Assembly: GCA_965648905.1 (NCBI GenBank)
Contig: CBFGIT010000006.1
Location: 63,598-127,597, forward strand
Direction: 5' to 3'
Length of the DNA: 64,000 nucleotides
From: a candidate division WOR-3 bacterium
GTDB taxonomy: Bacteria > Hydrothermota > Tepidihabitantia > Tepidihabitantales > Tepidihabitantaceae
Shown here one piece after another: positions 49,287 through 60,244 of the stretch. Every line of letters starts with the position of its first letter. Position 1 is the first letter of the stretch. The notes under the pieces are model-generated. The model was not told the origin of the DNA. It ran no database searches and was given only the letters and a program-made list of their open reading frames with translations. The translations under genes and the position numbers were made by a program.

Positions 49287-50209
49287 CGTTCTTCGGGACT
49301 TCGGATTTTGCCGTGCCGCTGCTTCGGGCACTGGTCCAGGCCGGGCACGAAGTGGCGCTGGTCGTGACTGCGCCGGGCCGGCCCCAGGGCCGGGGCCGCA
49401 GAATCAAGCCGAGCCCGGTCGAGACCGCGGCGCGCGAGCTCGGCTGTCCGGTGGCAACGCCTCTGGACCCGAACCTGCCGGGATTCGCCGCCCAACTGAG
49501 CGGCTATCACCCTGAGGTCGCAGTGCTCGCAGCTTACCGGTTCATCCTGAAGGCGGGCCTTCTGGCTGTGCCGAAGCAGGGTTTCATCAACGTCCACCCT
49601 TCACTCCTGCCCCGATACCGTGGGGCCGCGCCGATTCAGCGGGCAATCATGGCCGGCGAGCAGAAGACCGGGGTGAGCATCATTCAGTTGGCGCCTGAAG
49701 TCGATGCCGGTGACATCATCGTGCAGCAGTCGGTAGAAATCGGCCCGGACGAGACCGCAGGTGAACTGGCCGCTCGACTTGCCGAACTGGGAGCTCGGCT
49801 GCTGGTCGAGGTGCTTGCGCAGATGGCCCGCGGTCAGATGACGCGCACGGCCCAGGACCCGGCCCAGGCCACATTCGCGCCCAGACTGACAAAGGCGGAC
49901 CGGCACGTCAACTGGTTTGAGCCGGCAGACCGGATTCACAACCTCATCCGCGGCCTTGCGCCCGAGCCGGCGGCGGTCGGTTCGTTTCGAGGGCAGCGAC
50001 TGCTTCTGCTCGGCTCGCGCCGGCGCGAGGTCGAGTCCGACCACGCGCCGGGTGAGGTTCTGGTTGACCGGCCGGGCCTGGTTGTGGCGACCGGCCGGGG
50101 CACAATCGAATTGACAACGGTCAAGCCCGAGGGCAGCCGGGTTCAGACCGGCGCGGCATTTCGCAACGGCCATCGGCCCAGAGCCGGAGAAAGGTTGACC
50201 GCGCCATGA
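49277..50209 (+). CDS. fmt: Methionyl-tRNA formyltransferase (apparent CTG start)
   Basis: (M)RLAFFGTSDFAV N-terminus begins at CTG 49277, 7 nt after AGGAGG; NVHPSLLPRYRGAAPIQ, DAGDI. Confidence 0.92.
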   Translation: MRLAFFGTSDFAVPLLRALVQAGHEVALVVTAPGRPQGRGRRIKPSPVETAARELGCPVATPLDPNLPGFAAQLSGYHPEVAVLAAYRFILKAGLLAVPKQGFINVHPSLLPRYRGAAPIQRAIMAGEQKTGVSIIQLAPEVDAGDIIVQQSVEIGPDETAGELAARLAELGARLLVEVLAQMARGQMTRTAQDPAQATFAPRLTKADRHVNWFEPADRIHNLIRGLAPEPAAVGSFRGQRLLLLGSRRREVESDHAPGEVLVDRPGLVVATGRGTIELTTVKPEGSRVQTGAAFRNGHRPRAGERLTAP

Positions 50210-50952
50210 AACGAAGCAGACGCGGCCGGAGAAACCTTGCCCTGGCAGTGTTTCTCTTTCTCCTCGTGCTCGGCGCAATCCTCGTCGTGGTGCTCAACTG
50301 GGTAGTCATGCCTCTGGTGGTTGGTCGCGGCCGGGAGGTAGTCGTGCCCAACGTCGTGGGAATGAGTCGGCTTGCGGCAGAAGAGACTTTGGTCAAGGCC
50401 GGGCTTGTGCTCGGCGAGGTTCGCCATGTTCCGAGTGCCACGGTTGCGGCGGAGAACGTCATCGGTCAGTCGCCGGCGGCAGGTCGGCGGGTCAAGCGCG
50501 GCCGGGAAGTGGCGCTTGATGTCAGTCGGGGTGCGGGTCGGCTTCGGGTTCCGCACACCGAAGGGTTGTCGGTTGCCCGGGCAACGGCATTGCTCGACGA
50601 AATCGGCCTGATTGTTGACGGAGTTGAGTCACTGCGCACGAGCGGCGTTCCGGTCGGCCAGGTGGTCGGGACGCGGCCGAGTGCCGGTACCGAGGTGCTT
50701 CAGGGTGACCATGTCATGGTTCAGGTCTCATCCCGGGTTGGTGCTTTTCCGATGCCCAATCTCGTCGGCACCCTGGTTGAGACTGCTCAGGGCATCATTG
50801 CGTCTCAGGGTTTGGTCTTGGGTGAGCTGCGGCGCACGCCGAGCGACGAGCCGGTCGGCTCAGTACTGGTTCAGTATCCGGAAGAAGGGATGAGTGTGCG
50901 GGCCGGAGATACGGTCCATCTGATTGTCGCGTCTGGTGCGCACGAGCGATGA
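50206..50952 (+). CDS. Membrane-anchored protein with three PASTA domains
   Basis: N-terminal TM helix; VPNVVG, VPHTEG, MPNLVG repeats; no kinase domain. Confidence 0.88.
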   Translation: MKRSRRGRRNLALAVFLFLLVLGAILVVVLNWVVMPLVVGRGREVVVPNVVGMSRLAAEETLVKAGLVLGEVRHVPSATVAAENVIGQSPAAGRRVKRGREVALDVSRGAGRLRVPHTEGLSVARATALLDEIGLIVDGVESLRTSGVPVGQVVGTRPSAGTEVLQGDHVMVQVSSRVGAFPMPNLVGTLVETAQGIIASQGLVLGELRRTPSDEPVGSVLVQYPEEGMSVRAGDTVHLIVASGAHER

Positions 50953-51611
50953 ACGTCTCGGTCTCGATTCTCGATTGCGACTTTCTGCATCTGGAAGACG
51001 AACTCAAGGCAGTTGTCCAGGCCGGAGCTGATGCGATTCACCTTGACGTGATGGACGGGCACTTTGTTCCGAATCTGAGCTTTGGTGTGCCGTTGGCCCG
51101 GGCAGTGCGCAAGTGCGTTACCATCCCGGTGCGCGCACACCTGATGGTTCTGGAACCGGAATGGCTGGTGGAGAAGTTCCTGCCTTATGCTGACCGCATC
51201 ATCTTTCACGTCGAGGCGACCGAGCTGGCTGAGCAGTGTCTTGAGACGATCCGGGCCGGGGGGAAGAGCGCCGGTGTTTCGCTCAATCCCGGTACGCCGA
51301 TTGAGCGGCTGGGGCCTTTCATCGGCCAGGTTGATGAAGTGCTGGTGATGAGCGTTCATCCTGGTCTGGGCGGGCAGCAGCTTATCCCCGAGTCGCTGGA
51401 GCGCATCCGGCGGATTCGGGCGCTCATCGACAGACAGGCCCGGGACCACGGGCGCGTTCTGCCCGCTGTTTCAGTTGACGGCGGGGTCAACTCCGCGAAC
51501 TGCCGGGCCGTGGCTGCAGCCGGTGCCACAACTCTGGTTGCCGGCAGCGCGGTCTTCCGCAGTTCGGACTATGCTGCCGCCATCAGGGAGCTTAAGTGTT
51601 CGGACTCCTGA
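50949..51611 (+). CDS. rpe: Ribulose-phosphate 3-epimerase
   Basis: IHLDVMDGHFVPNLSFG, HLMV, VMSVHPG, VDGGV, VAGSA. Confidence 0.96.
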   Translation: MNVSVSILDCDFLHLEDELKAVVQAGADAIHLDVMDGHFVPNLSFGVPLARAVRKCVTIPVRAHLMVLEPEWLVEKFLPYADRIIFHVEATELAEQCLETIRAGGKSAGVSLNPGTPIERLGPFIGQVDEVLVMSVHPGLGGQQLIPESLERIRRIRALIDRQARDHGRVLPAVSVDGGVNSANCRAVAAAGATTLVAGSAVFRSSDYAAAIRELKCSDS

Positions 51612-52882
51612 CCGACAAGCTGACCGCGCTTCAGCGCCGGCTGCGCGGCTTTGGCCGGCTCAGTGACCGGGAGCTGAGCCAGTCGCTGCGCGAGGTTCGA
51701 ACCATCCTGCTTGAGGCCGACGTCAACTACAAGGTTGTGGGTCATTTCATCCGGTCGGTCGAAGCGGCACTCAAGGAGAAGAACGTTGCTGCCAGTCTGA
51801 AACCGGGCGAGGTTGTCGCGGTCACGCTCTATGAGCAGATGACCCAGCTTCTCGGGACGACTGCGCCGAAACTCGACCTGTCGGCCGCACCTTCGGTCAT
51901 CAGTCTGGTCGGGCTGCAGGGAACCGGCAAGACCACGCTGGCCGGCAAACTCGGATTCCGGCTCAAGTCGCGCCGGCCCCTGCTTGTTGCCTGTGACCCG
52001 AAGCGGCCGGCTGCAGCCGAGCAGTTGCAGTCGGTTGCAGGCCGCGCCGGCTGTGACTTCTTTCCGGTCTCAGGCAGCGTGGTCGACACCTGTCTTGCCG
52101 CTCTTGAGCAGGCCCGCGCCCGGGGCAACGGTGTCGTGATTCTCGACACAGCCGGACGACTGCACATCGACGAGGAGATGATGGCCGAGCTGGTTGCGGT
52201 CGAGCGGTCAGTCCGGCCCCAGGTGACCCTGCTTGTGCTCGACGGCATGGTCGGGCAGGATGCGGTCAATCAGGCCGAGCAGTTCCGTGCCCGGCTCAAA
52301 CTGACCGGCTGCTGTTTTACCAAGCTCGACGGCGATGCCCGGGGCGGCGCGGTTGTTTCGGTGCGTCACGTTACCAGCCTGCCGGTCGTGTTTGTCGGCA
52401 CCGGCGAGCATCTGAACGACCTGGAGGAGTTCCATCCAGACCGGATTGCGTCGCGGATTCTCGGCATGGGCGACATGCGGACCCTGGCGGACAAGGTCCA
52501 GGCCGCGACTGAAGGCGTGGACCAGAAAGCCGTGGCTGAGAAGTTCCTCAAAGGCAAGTTCGACTTCGAGGACTTCCTGAATCAGTTACGCACGGTGCGG
52601 AAGATGGGCAGTCTGTCCAAGCTCGTGGCGATGATTCCGGGCGCAAAGGACCTTGAGGTTGACGAAAATGAGTTCACCCGGGTCGAAGCGATGATTCAGT
52701 CGATGACCCGGGAAGAGCGCCACCACCCGGACATCATTGACGGGTCGCGCCGACGCCGCATTGCTGAGGGCAGCGGTACGAGCGTGAGCGACGTCAACCG
52801 GCTGCTCAAGGAGTTCGAACAGGCACGGGTGCTCTCCCGTCAGCTCTCAAGCGGGAAGCTGCCCAGAATCCGAACCCGCTGA
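51596..52882 (+). CDS. ffh: Signal recognition particle protein
   Basis: LLEADVN, GLQGTGKTT, DTAGR, TKLDGDARGG, RILGMGD, IQSMT..ER, SRRRRIAEGSG. Confidence 0.97.
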   Translation: MFGLLTDKLTALQRRLRGFGRLSDRELSQSLREVRTILLEADVNYKVVGHFIRSVEAALKEKNVAASLKPGEVVAVTLYEQMTQLLGTTAPKLDLSAAPSVISLVGLQGTGKTTLAGKLGFRLKSRRPLLVACDPKRPAAAEQLQSVAGRAGCDFFPVSGSVVDTCLAALEQARARGNGVVILDTAGRLHIDEEMMAELVAVERSVRPQVTLLVLDGMVGQDAVNQAEQFRARLKLTGCCFTKLDGDARGGAVVSVRHVTSLPVVFVGTGEHLNDLEEFHPDRIASRILGMGDMRTLADKVQAATEGVDQKAVAEKFLKGKFDFEDFLNQLRTVRKMGSLSKLVAMIPGAKDLEVDENEFTRVEAMIQSMTREERHHPDIIDGSRRRRIAEGSGTSVSDVNRLLKEFEQARVLSRQLSSGKLPRIRTR

Positions 52883-52897
52883 CCAGGGGCGGGCGCC

Positions 52898-53068
52898 CTA
52901 AGGTCCGACCGCGAGCCGCACGTACCCGACGACCTTTTCGAGCTTGAACGATGCGATGACCTCGTTTCCCTTGAGCAGCGTCAGATAGTCGTCACTCTTC
53001 TCGACCCGGTCGGCATCAACGCTGACCTGGGGTCGCTTTTCAGAATCAAGGTAGACTTCTATCGGCAT
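52898..53068 (-). CDS. Small hypothetical protein (56 aa)
   Basis: AAAGGAG SD before ATG 53068; upstream TTGACA-16-GATAAT promoter. Confidence 0.6.
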   Translation of the reverse strand: MPIEVYLDSEKRPQVSVDADRVEKSDDYLTLLKGNEVIASFKLEKVVGYVRLAVGP

Positions 53069-53172
53069 GACAGTTCTCCTTTCAGGCCCGTCCGGGCCGG
53101 AATCGCTCAACGATTATCAGCCCCGGCAGCCATCTGTCAAGCCAGGCGCGACCGCACCGGCAGCAGGAAGAG

Positions 53173-54693
53173 CTAGCGCAGTCGGACAATGCGGCGGGCC
53201 GGGTCAGTGCCGGCCGACTTGAGGAAGTATACACCAGGGCTTAGCGAAGAGAGGTCATTGGGTCCGGAGCAGAGTGTCCGAGAAGTCCGACCATCGGCGC
53301 GGACAAGCGAGAAGCTACGACCAGTACCGGCTGGCAGACTGAGCCAATTGCGGACAATGGTCGGACCCAGCGGGTCCTGCTCGGCTGGGGTGCGCGTCTC
53401 GGCAATGTCCTGGAGTCTTACCGGTGTTGCCAGGGTAGCAATACAGGCCAGGGCAAGCTGGGTTGTTCTTCTGACCTGCGCGAGCGTGAGGTTGCCGATG
53501 GTGTCGTGGGTCGTGTGGTAGTGCGGGTTGGAGCCATTCCAGATGCCCATTTCCGAATCCTCAAGCGCAAATACCGAGCGATAGCCGCGCTCCCAGAACG
53601 GGGTGTTGTCACCGGCGCAGTCCTCGTCCAGATAGTTCATCACCCGCAGGCCGATTGCGTACCAGTTGTTGACCGATTCGGCCAGAACCGCAAGCGGCGT
53701 CGAAGGGGTGTTGCGATTGACAAACAGCAGGTTGGAGTCGGCCGCAGTATAGGCGACCATGTCGATGTTGTAGACCCCGGCGATTTTCATGGCCTGGGGC
53801 ACGGCCGTAGATTCGACCCAGTGGTACGAGCCTTTCATCCACTGCTCTTCACCGGAGAAACCGAGCAGCTTGACGGTCCAGCGCAGTGGGGTGTCCTTGA
53901 GCACGCGGCCGATTTCGAGGATGGCTGCCGTGCCGGTGGCGTTGTCGTCTGCCCCGGGTGCGTTGGTCACAATGTTCGAGTAGGAATCGAAATGGGCACA
54001 GGCGATGACCACGCTGTCCGGCTGAACCTGGCCTGGAATCGTCGCCTCGACATTGAACGCGCGGGTGGTCGGCTGGCGCAGGTAGTAGGTATCGAGGCGC
54101 ATGTCGAGCCCAAGGGCTGAAAACCGCTCGTACAGGTAGAAAGCAGCCGATTCGCACTTGATGTTGTACGAGTAGCGCGTGCCGAACCCGACCAGGTCGC
54201 GCATTGTGCGGACCAGAGTGTCGAGCGACACGAGCGAGACCAGCCGGGCAATCGTTGTGTCCGGCTCGTCCGCAACCGCGAGCCGGGCCGGCTCAGGCGC
54301 GATGGGATGGGCAGACTCAGCCAGTCGGGCCATCGGATACCCGGCGGCTCGATAGGAGCGGGCTTCAGGCTCGGCCAGGCGGACCAGTCGCCAGCGGGGA
54401 AAGTCACAGAGCAGCTTTCCCGGAGCCGAAGCAAGTCCGGCACCGGCCTTGTAGACAATGAAGTACTCGCCCGGAGCAAGAACCGGGTCGAGCACCTGAA
54501 CCGACCAGTCCGGGCGCGCGCAGAGAGCAGCGGAATCGAGCGGCAGAATCAGGCGCGTGCCCAGGTCTTTGTACACCGGGATGCCGAGTTCAACCAGTTC
54601 CTGGCGCTGCTTAGCACTGATGTCGAGTAACGCCAGGCAGTCGGCCGACGCCACGACCCACAGGCAGCAGAAAAGAGCGGCCAGTCTTGTCAT
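53173..54693 (-). CDS. Secreted M28 family peptidase with short CTD
   Basis: CAHFDS, GADDNATG, SGEEQ, NIDM, YHTTHDT; NDLSSLSPGVYFL. Confidence 0.88.
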   Translation of the reverse strand: MTRLAALFCCLWVVASADCLALLDISAKQRQELVELGIPVYKDLGTRLILPLDSAALCARPDWSVQVLDPVLAPGEYFIVYKAGAGLASAPGKLLCDFPRWRLVRLAEPEARSYRAAGYPMARLAESAHPIAPEPARLAVADEPDTTIARLVSLVSLDTLVRTMRDLVGFGTRYSYNIKCESAAFYLYERFSALGLDMRLDTYYLRQPTTRAFNVEATIPGQVQPDSVVIACAHFDSYSNIVTNAPGADDNATGTAAILEIGRVLKDTPLRWTVKLLGFSGEEQWMKGSYHWVESTAVPQAMKIAGVYNIDMVAYTAADSNLLFVNRNTPSTPLAVLAESVNNWYAIGLRVMNYLDEDCAGDNTPFWERGYRSVFALEDSEMGIWNGSNPHYHTTHDTIGNLTLAQVRRTTQLALACIATLATPVRLQDIAETRTPAEQDPLGPTIVRNWLSLPAGTGRSFSLVRADGRTSRTLCSGPNDLSSLSPGVYFLKSAGTDPARRIVRLR

Positions 54694-54698
54694 GTTCT

Positions 54699-55403
54699 CT
54701 AGCGCAGCCGGAACTCGCAGGTCACGGTAACAGTCACGTCCTTCTGCCGGGTTGCGGTGCTGTAGATGCCGTAGTCTGACACCTCGGTCGAGAACGGCTC
54801 GGTAATCTGGAAGATACCGGCCCGGGCTGAAGCGAGCGGGCCGAGCCGGGCACCAGAGTTGCGGGCGATTTCCCGGGCACGCTGGAGCGCATCTTTGGTC
54901 GCCTCGGCAAGCAGGGTCTTCTTGATTTCGGGCAGTTGCGACAGATAGTACTCAAGGTTCGAAGACTGAAGCGTCACGCCCCGGGAAATCAGGGCGTCCG
55001 GGCTGAGCGCCAGTTTCTCAACCTTGGCAATGTCGGACGATATGACGTAGACACTCTGGCTGAAGTTGTAGCCGCTGACGCGGCCATTGTTGTCATAAGT
55101 CTCGTGCCGGTTCACCGGCTGCACGGTAATCTCAGACTCCTTCAGCCCGGCCTGGGTCAGCTCGGACAGAAGCAGAACAAAATCGGCGCGGGTCTTCTGG
55201 TATCCGGACTGCACCTCAGACAGCCCGACCGCATGACCGACCGATGCCCGCCACTTGACCACATCGGACTCCTGACGGCTGGTCGCTGCGCCGATAACCC
55301 GGATTGTGTTGCCGGCAGTGCGGCTCCGGTAGAAGAAACTGCCCAGCACGACCGCGCCGGCGACGAAACTGATACCAAGAATCAAGGCAATTGACGCTCG
55401 CAT
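54699..55403 (-). CDS. SIMPL (DUF541) domain protein
   Basis: TIRVIGAA, LLAEATKDALQRAREIA, ARAGIFQIT, KDVTVTV. Confidence 0.85.
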   Translation of the reverse strand: MRASIALILGISFVAGAVVLGSFFYRSRTAGNTIRVIGAATSRQESDVVKWRASVGHAVGLSEVQSGYQKTRADFVLLLSELTQAGLKESEITVQPVNRHETYDNNGRVSGYNFSQSVYVISSDIAKVEKLALSPDALISRGVTLQSSNLEYYLSQLPEIKKTLLAEATKDALQRAREIARNSGARLGPLASARAGIFQITEPFSTEVSDYGIYSTATRQKDVTVTVTCEFRLR

Positions 55404-55447
55404 AAGGACAGTATAGCGCCGCGTTCGGACGGGTAAAGGTCGGGTGA

Positions 55448-55825
55448 ATGCCACAGGCAAAGCCGAGTCGAAAACCGCAGCAGACACTGCGGCAGACGCT
55501 GACTCGAACGCGCAATTGCCGGCCGAGACACCTGCCCGGCAATCTGCTCAAGCTGCTGCCTGAGCTTGTGCTCGCGGCATCGTGCGCGCTACCGGACGAG
55601 ACACGACACAAGATGGCACTTGAGAAAACGCCGGAGCAGACGTTGGCGAAGTCACGCGCGGCAAGGCAGAAGCACACGCCAGTTCAGACATGCTTTCAAC
55701 CGCACATTCAGATACTATCTGGGGAGCCGGGGAGTCTCCGGACGCCTCTGACGTGCATCCCTTTGACCTGCAATAACTTATTTTGATTCCAGCAGATTCG
55801 GCCCATGATAGTTATTACTATCATG
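55448..55825 (+). repeat. 12-bp-periodic array ending in an IHF-like dyad and a 9-bp palindrome (element 4)
   Basis: Units ccgcagcagaca/ctgcggcagacg/ctgactcgaacg/ccggagcagacg; dyad at 55756-55780; catgatagt-tatt-actatcatg at 55804-55825. Confidence 0.6.
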
Positions 55826-56031
55826 CGAGACTTTTCTCGCCCTCATTTCTTGGGCTTCTGTTTGTCACTCTCAAGGCTTACTGGGTCAGACAACCCACGA
55901 CCTCTCAGGCTCTCCAGCCACTGGTAGTGAGCAGGGTGAACCTCGGGCACGGTCTGGAGGCCCTCAAGGAGCAAGGCGACGAACCATGCTCGCCGCCCTG
56001 CCCTGTATCCTGTATGCTGTCTACTGTCCGG

Positions 56032-58698
56032 CTATCTCATCATTACCGCTTTCTTGACGTTGCGGTAGTCAGGAGTGTCGAGCCCGTAGAAGTAGATGCC
56101 GTTGGCCACTCTGCGGCCTCTTGTGTCGGTTCCGTCCCAGGTCGCAGTGTACTGGCCCGGCTTGCGCGCGAACTTGGTGCCGTTGTTGGCCCTGGTCGCG
56201 CCCGGTCCGGCGTTGGAGACGTTGAACGAGTCGGTCTCAAAGCTCGGGATGCCGCAGGTGTCGCCTGAGTCCGCAACCACCTTCATGTACTAGAGCTTCA
56301 CCCTAACCTGGTCGATGCTGGGGCTGACTGAGGACGACTCGGCCAGGGCGTGCGGACTGGCCAGACTGGTGTCCGGGCAGGAAGCCAAGGTCACGATGCT
56401 GTCCCGCACCCGGGCATAGATGTTCCAGACTCCTGAAACCTGCTCCTGCCACACGGTCACCCCGCAACCGGCATAGACCGAATTGGCCTTCTCCGTGGTT
56501 CCGGTGGTTCCGCTGCTCGGATTGGCTCCCAAGACCCAGTCCTGGAACATTGATGTCGGGCTCAGGTCGCAGGTCGAGTGGCAGATGTTGAACGTATCCG
56601 TGCTCTGGCCCGCGACTCGCTGCACCCAGACGCAGTGCAGCACATCGCCCTCAAGCACCGACATCGGCCCACGGCCACGTGCGGTCACGAGCTTCAGACT
56701 GGACCACGCTGCGGGCCGGCTCCAGTTGCCCGGGCCATAGTCCTTCAGCTCGCTTGACACGACCGAGTCGCTGTTGGCGATGTTGATGCACGGGAAGCTG
56801 TCGGCAAGATTGGCGGCAACTTCGACCGTATCGAGCACGACCCGGCCGGTGTCGCACTTGGCGAACATCACCCGCGACTCATTCCCCTGCTCATCGTACA
56901 CGACCCAGGACAGCGCGGCCACCTTCACGCCGTCCGACTTGCCCGGATACAAGGCTACTGACGGCTGGCCGATGACCTCGCCCTCAGCGCCGACGTACAC
57001 CGTCTCCTGCGACACCCAGTCGTACCAGTACGGATACCACCAGTTGCAGAACAAGGTGCAGCCTTCAACGTAAGCCGCGCAGAGGATGCTGTCTGAATCC
57101 AGCGCCAGAGCCGGCTTCTCGCCCCACCCGGGGCTGCCCGCGCTCACCCACGTCGCGCCGTTGTCCGTCGACAGGTCCATGCACACGGTGCTATCGGCGA
57201 TGAAGATGCGATGCAGATACCCACAGCATTCATCGAGTTGCTGTAGCCCACGGCTGACGTTGTCGTTCACGGCAGATGGGGGCACCGTGACCCAGGACAC
57301 GTCCCTGAGCACACAGAGCCTGACCATCGGCCACCCGGCAGTCGCGCTGCTCATCTGCCTATAGACCACGTCCAGTTCGACTGCGTCGCCGTAGACCGAC
57401 GCTTGGTCGTGGTTGATGCCCGGTAGGCGGATCGGTGGTATCCAAGTATTCGAGTTATGCTGACGCGTGGCATCGTTCGACACAGTGACGTAGGTAGCGT
57501 CCGGGAAGTTAGGCGTCAGTGGAGCATTCGAGTGGTAGACCATTGCAAGGTTGTCTCCACTGCACCACAGATTCGGGGTTCGCATTCGCCCACCGGTCGG
57601 ATACCAGTTGGGCAGAACCTGAGTCTCGGTAGTCGGATATGGCACTATCTCGTCATCATCGTCGCGGTAGGCCAGTACCTTCCAGATGCGCGAAGGCCCT
57701 GACCCGGTGTGACGGGTGAAGGCCACCAGGATCGAGTCGTGGTCCGGCAGCGATCCGGTGTATGGGGCAATAACCTGAATCGACGGGAAGCTGTCGACCC
57801 CGTTTCCTTGCGACGCTTGGGCACCGTAGTACCCACCGGTGGCCGTCCTGAACCCCGCGAATACCCGCATCCGCAAGCTCGGGTTCGGTAGACGTTGGTG
57901 CGCAACGAAGAAGTCCTCTGCGTTGCTGCCGACGCCGCATTGGTCCCAGGCAATTGACGGGAAGTCCGCCTGGAGAGCTCCATTAGCTTGTTCCTCGACC
58001 AGGCTCGACCACGCGTGGTGATTCGGACTCGGTGGGTTCCCATCGGCAACATCGACTAGTCCGTAGAAGATGTACCAGCCGAGCGGGAGATAGTCCTCGT
58101 CGTGTATCATTTCGCACGAGTCAGCCCAGGTCACCACGGCATGCGGGCCTTCGCCTTCTCGTCCCTCGTGCACCATGACGATGGACGGGTTTCGTACGAG
58201 GTAATGGAACCACCATTGGCGAACGCCCGTTGGCAACTCGACCGGGCCGGGCCAAGTACCCTGGTTGTTGTTTGCACCGTTGAGGTAACAGACCGCGCAC
58301 ATCACGCGCGTAGGTATGTCTGTTTGCCCGTTGGGGGCGCTGCAATAGGCGAACGCAAGAGTGTCGAACCACGGCAAGTTCCTGCTCGCCACAACGCCCT
58401 CACAGGCATAGATGTCGGGGTCGGATACCATCCAGGGGTCCTTCCAGCCATTAGTGAAATCGAACATCCGGTGGTAGACGTGGCGCTTCTCATTCTGTGG
58501 TCGGTCGGAGTACACGACGTGGATGCGTCCGGTCTGCCTGCGGGTCACGCTCCAGCCGTTGTTCGAAGCGAGCGCCACTGAATCACTAACTGCGACCGGG
58601 GGCGGCACGGCATAGATTATCCATCGAGCGTGAGATGTGCCACTCAGACCGACCATGACCAGAAGACACAATGCGGAAGTGCGCAATCGGCGTTTCAT
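56032..58698 (-). pseudogene. Disrupted large secreted protein (BNR/propeller-like) with FlgD-like CTD
   Basis: Signal peptide; STDNGATW Asp-box. In-frame TAG 56292-56290 separates the body from the tail ...PGQYTATWDGTDTRGRRVANGIYFY. The CTD front half appears deleted. Confidence 0.7.
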
Positions 58699-58846
58699 AT
58701 GGACCTTCTTTCCAGGTTAGCGTTTGTCGAAATTGGCACCCGTCAGCGCTCCCGGCGGGCGTGGTGCCGCGGGCCCGCCGTGTACTTCGTCATAGGCATC
58801 CTCCCATTGGTGGTTCTGCTGCCGTCCAGCTACGTCCATTGACAGA

Positions 58847-60244
58847 ATGCTCCCCTATCGCTACACTCGGAGCGTGATAGCTGCAGGATACTTGGGCCTT
58901 GTGGCGCTTTCGTCTTTCAGTTGTACGCTGTCGGCCGGGCGCACGGGCGACCGCGAATCTTGGGCGATGGTTGCCGTAGCTGATCTTCCCTTCGCGCTGT
59001 TCAGCGTAGTACCTTGCGGTGATGCCGACCACGACGGCCTCAGAGAGTTCTGCGCCTTCGCCCGCGACGACTCCGGGTGGCCTCACGCGGTGGAGTACGT
59101 CGACAGCGGCCACTTCAGCAGCGCGCGAATCGGCCGTCGCCTGTCGATCCACACACTGGGTGATCTCGACCGGGACGGGTTTGGAGATGTCGTCGCCAGC
59201 GGTGACTTCGCCGGGTTCAAGGTGCTGGAGAGCCCGGACTCGTTCTCAGTACCGACGGTCCCCGTATGGCAGACGCCTGATACAATCGGCTGTGCTTACA
59301 GCTTCACAACGGCTGACATCGACGTCGACTCCGCCCGTGAGTTTCTTGTTGACTACGCCAGCAAGCACCTGGTCATCTACGAGTGTGTCGGAAACAACCG
59401 ATTCGAGCGCAAGCAGCTCATCCGCCCAGGCGGAGTACCAACCCAGACACCCGACATGGACCGTGACGGCGTGCCGGAGTTGGTGGTAGGTCGTGATGGC
59501 GGTTGCGTGGCGTTCTACGAGGCAGCCGGCGACGATTCCGTTGTCTTCAGAGATACCGTTAGGATCTCAGCGGCAGCGGACCACAGCTACTTCTTTGCCA
59601 TGACGGGAGCCCGAGACATGGACCGGGACGGAAGGCACGAGTTGATAGCTCCGTGCTGGGACCGCGACCATGCGGTGCTCCGCCTCGCCGTGCTGGAGTC
59701 GCCGGCCAACGATTCATTCGTTGTCGTCTGGGCCGAGGAACGCCCTGGCGGCTGGCTCTGTTCTGTCTCCAGCGGGGACATCGATGGCGACTCTACGCCT
59801 GAGTTCATGTTCGCCTCTGGCTCGATCATGCTCTACCGCAGCATCGGCGACAACCAGTACGCATGTTTCTGGCAGACCGATAGTGGGAGCAAGAATGCCG
59901 CGCTCTACGATATCGACGCCGACGGCAAGGACGAGCTCATTTATGACCGGCCTGCGTGGCATACAATCATACGTAAGTGGCTGCCGGTCGGGGTTGAAGA
60001 GTGGACCAAGGCCGCGCTGGAGCGCTTGGCCGTATTGCCATCAGTCGCTCGGCGCAGTGAGGTCGTGCGCGTCGCTGGGCTGCCTCAGTCGGCCCAATGC
60101 GACGTCGTGGATGCCTCCGGCCGCATCGTTGCCGCGTTGGCTTCGGGCGTCTGGCGTCCAGCGTCAAGCACGGCTGGCACCTACTTCCTCCGCATCCGCC
60201 TCGACAACCAGGCTGTTGTGCGCAAGGTACTGGTCGTAGAATAG
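58847..60244 (+). CDS. Secreted FG-GAP/VCBS-repeat protein with CTD
   Basis: GDADHDGLRE, GDLDRDGFGD, DMDRDGVPE, GDIDGDSTPE; AGTYFLRI..RKVLVVE; start uncertain. Confidence 0.8.
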   Translation: MLPYRYTRSVIAAGYLGLVALSSFSCTLSAGRTGDRESWAMVAVADLPFALFSVVPCGDADHDGLREFCAFARDDSGWPHAVEYVDSGHFSSARIGRRLSIHTLGDLDRDGFGDVVASGDFAGFKVLESPDSFSVPTVPVWQTPDTIGCAYSFTTADIDVDSAREFLVDYASKHLVIYECVGNNRFERKQLIRPGGVPTQTPDMDRDGVPELVVGRDGGCVAFYEAAGDDSVVFRDTVRISAAADHSYFFAMTGARDMDRDGRHELIAPCWDRDHAVLRLAVLESPANDSFVVVWAEERPGGWLCSVSSGDIDGDSTPEFMFASGSIMLYRSIGDNQYACFWQTDSGSKNAALYDIDADGKDELIYDRPAWHTIIRKWLPVGVEEWTKAALERLAVLPSVARRSEVVRVAGLPQSAQCDVVDASGRIVAALASGVWRPASSTAGTYFLRIRLDNQAVVRKVLVVE

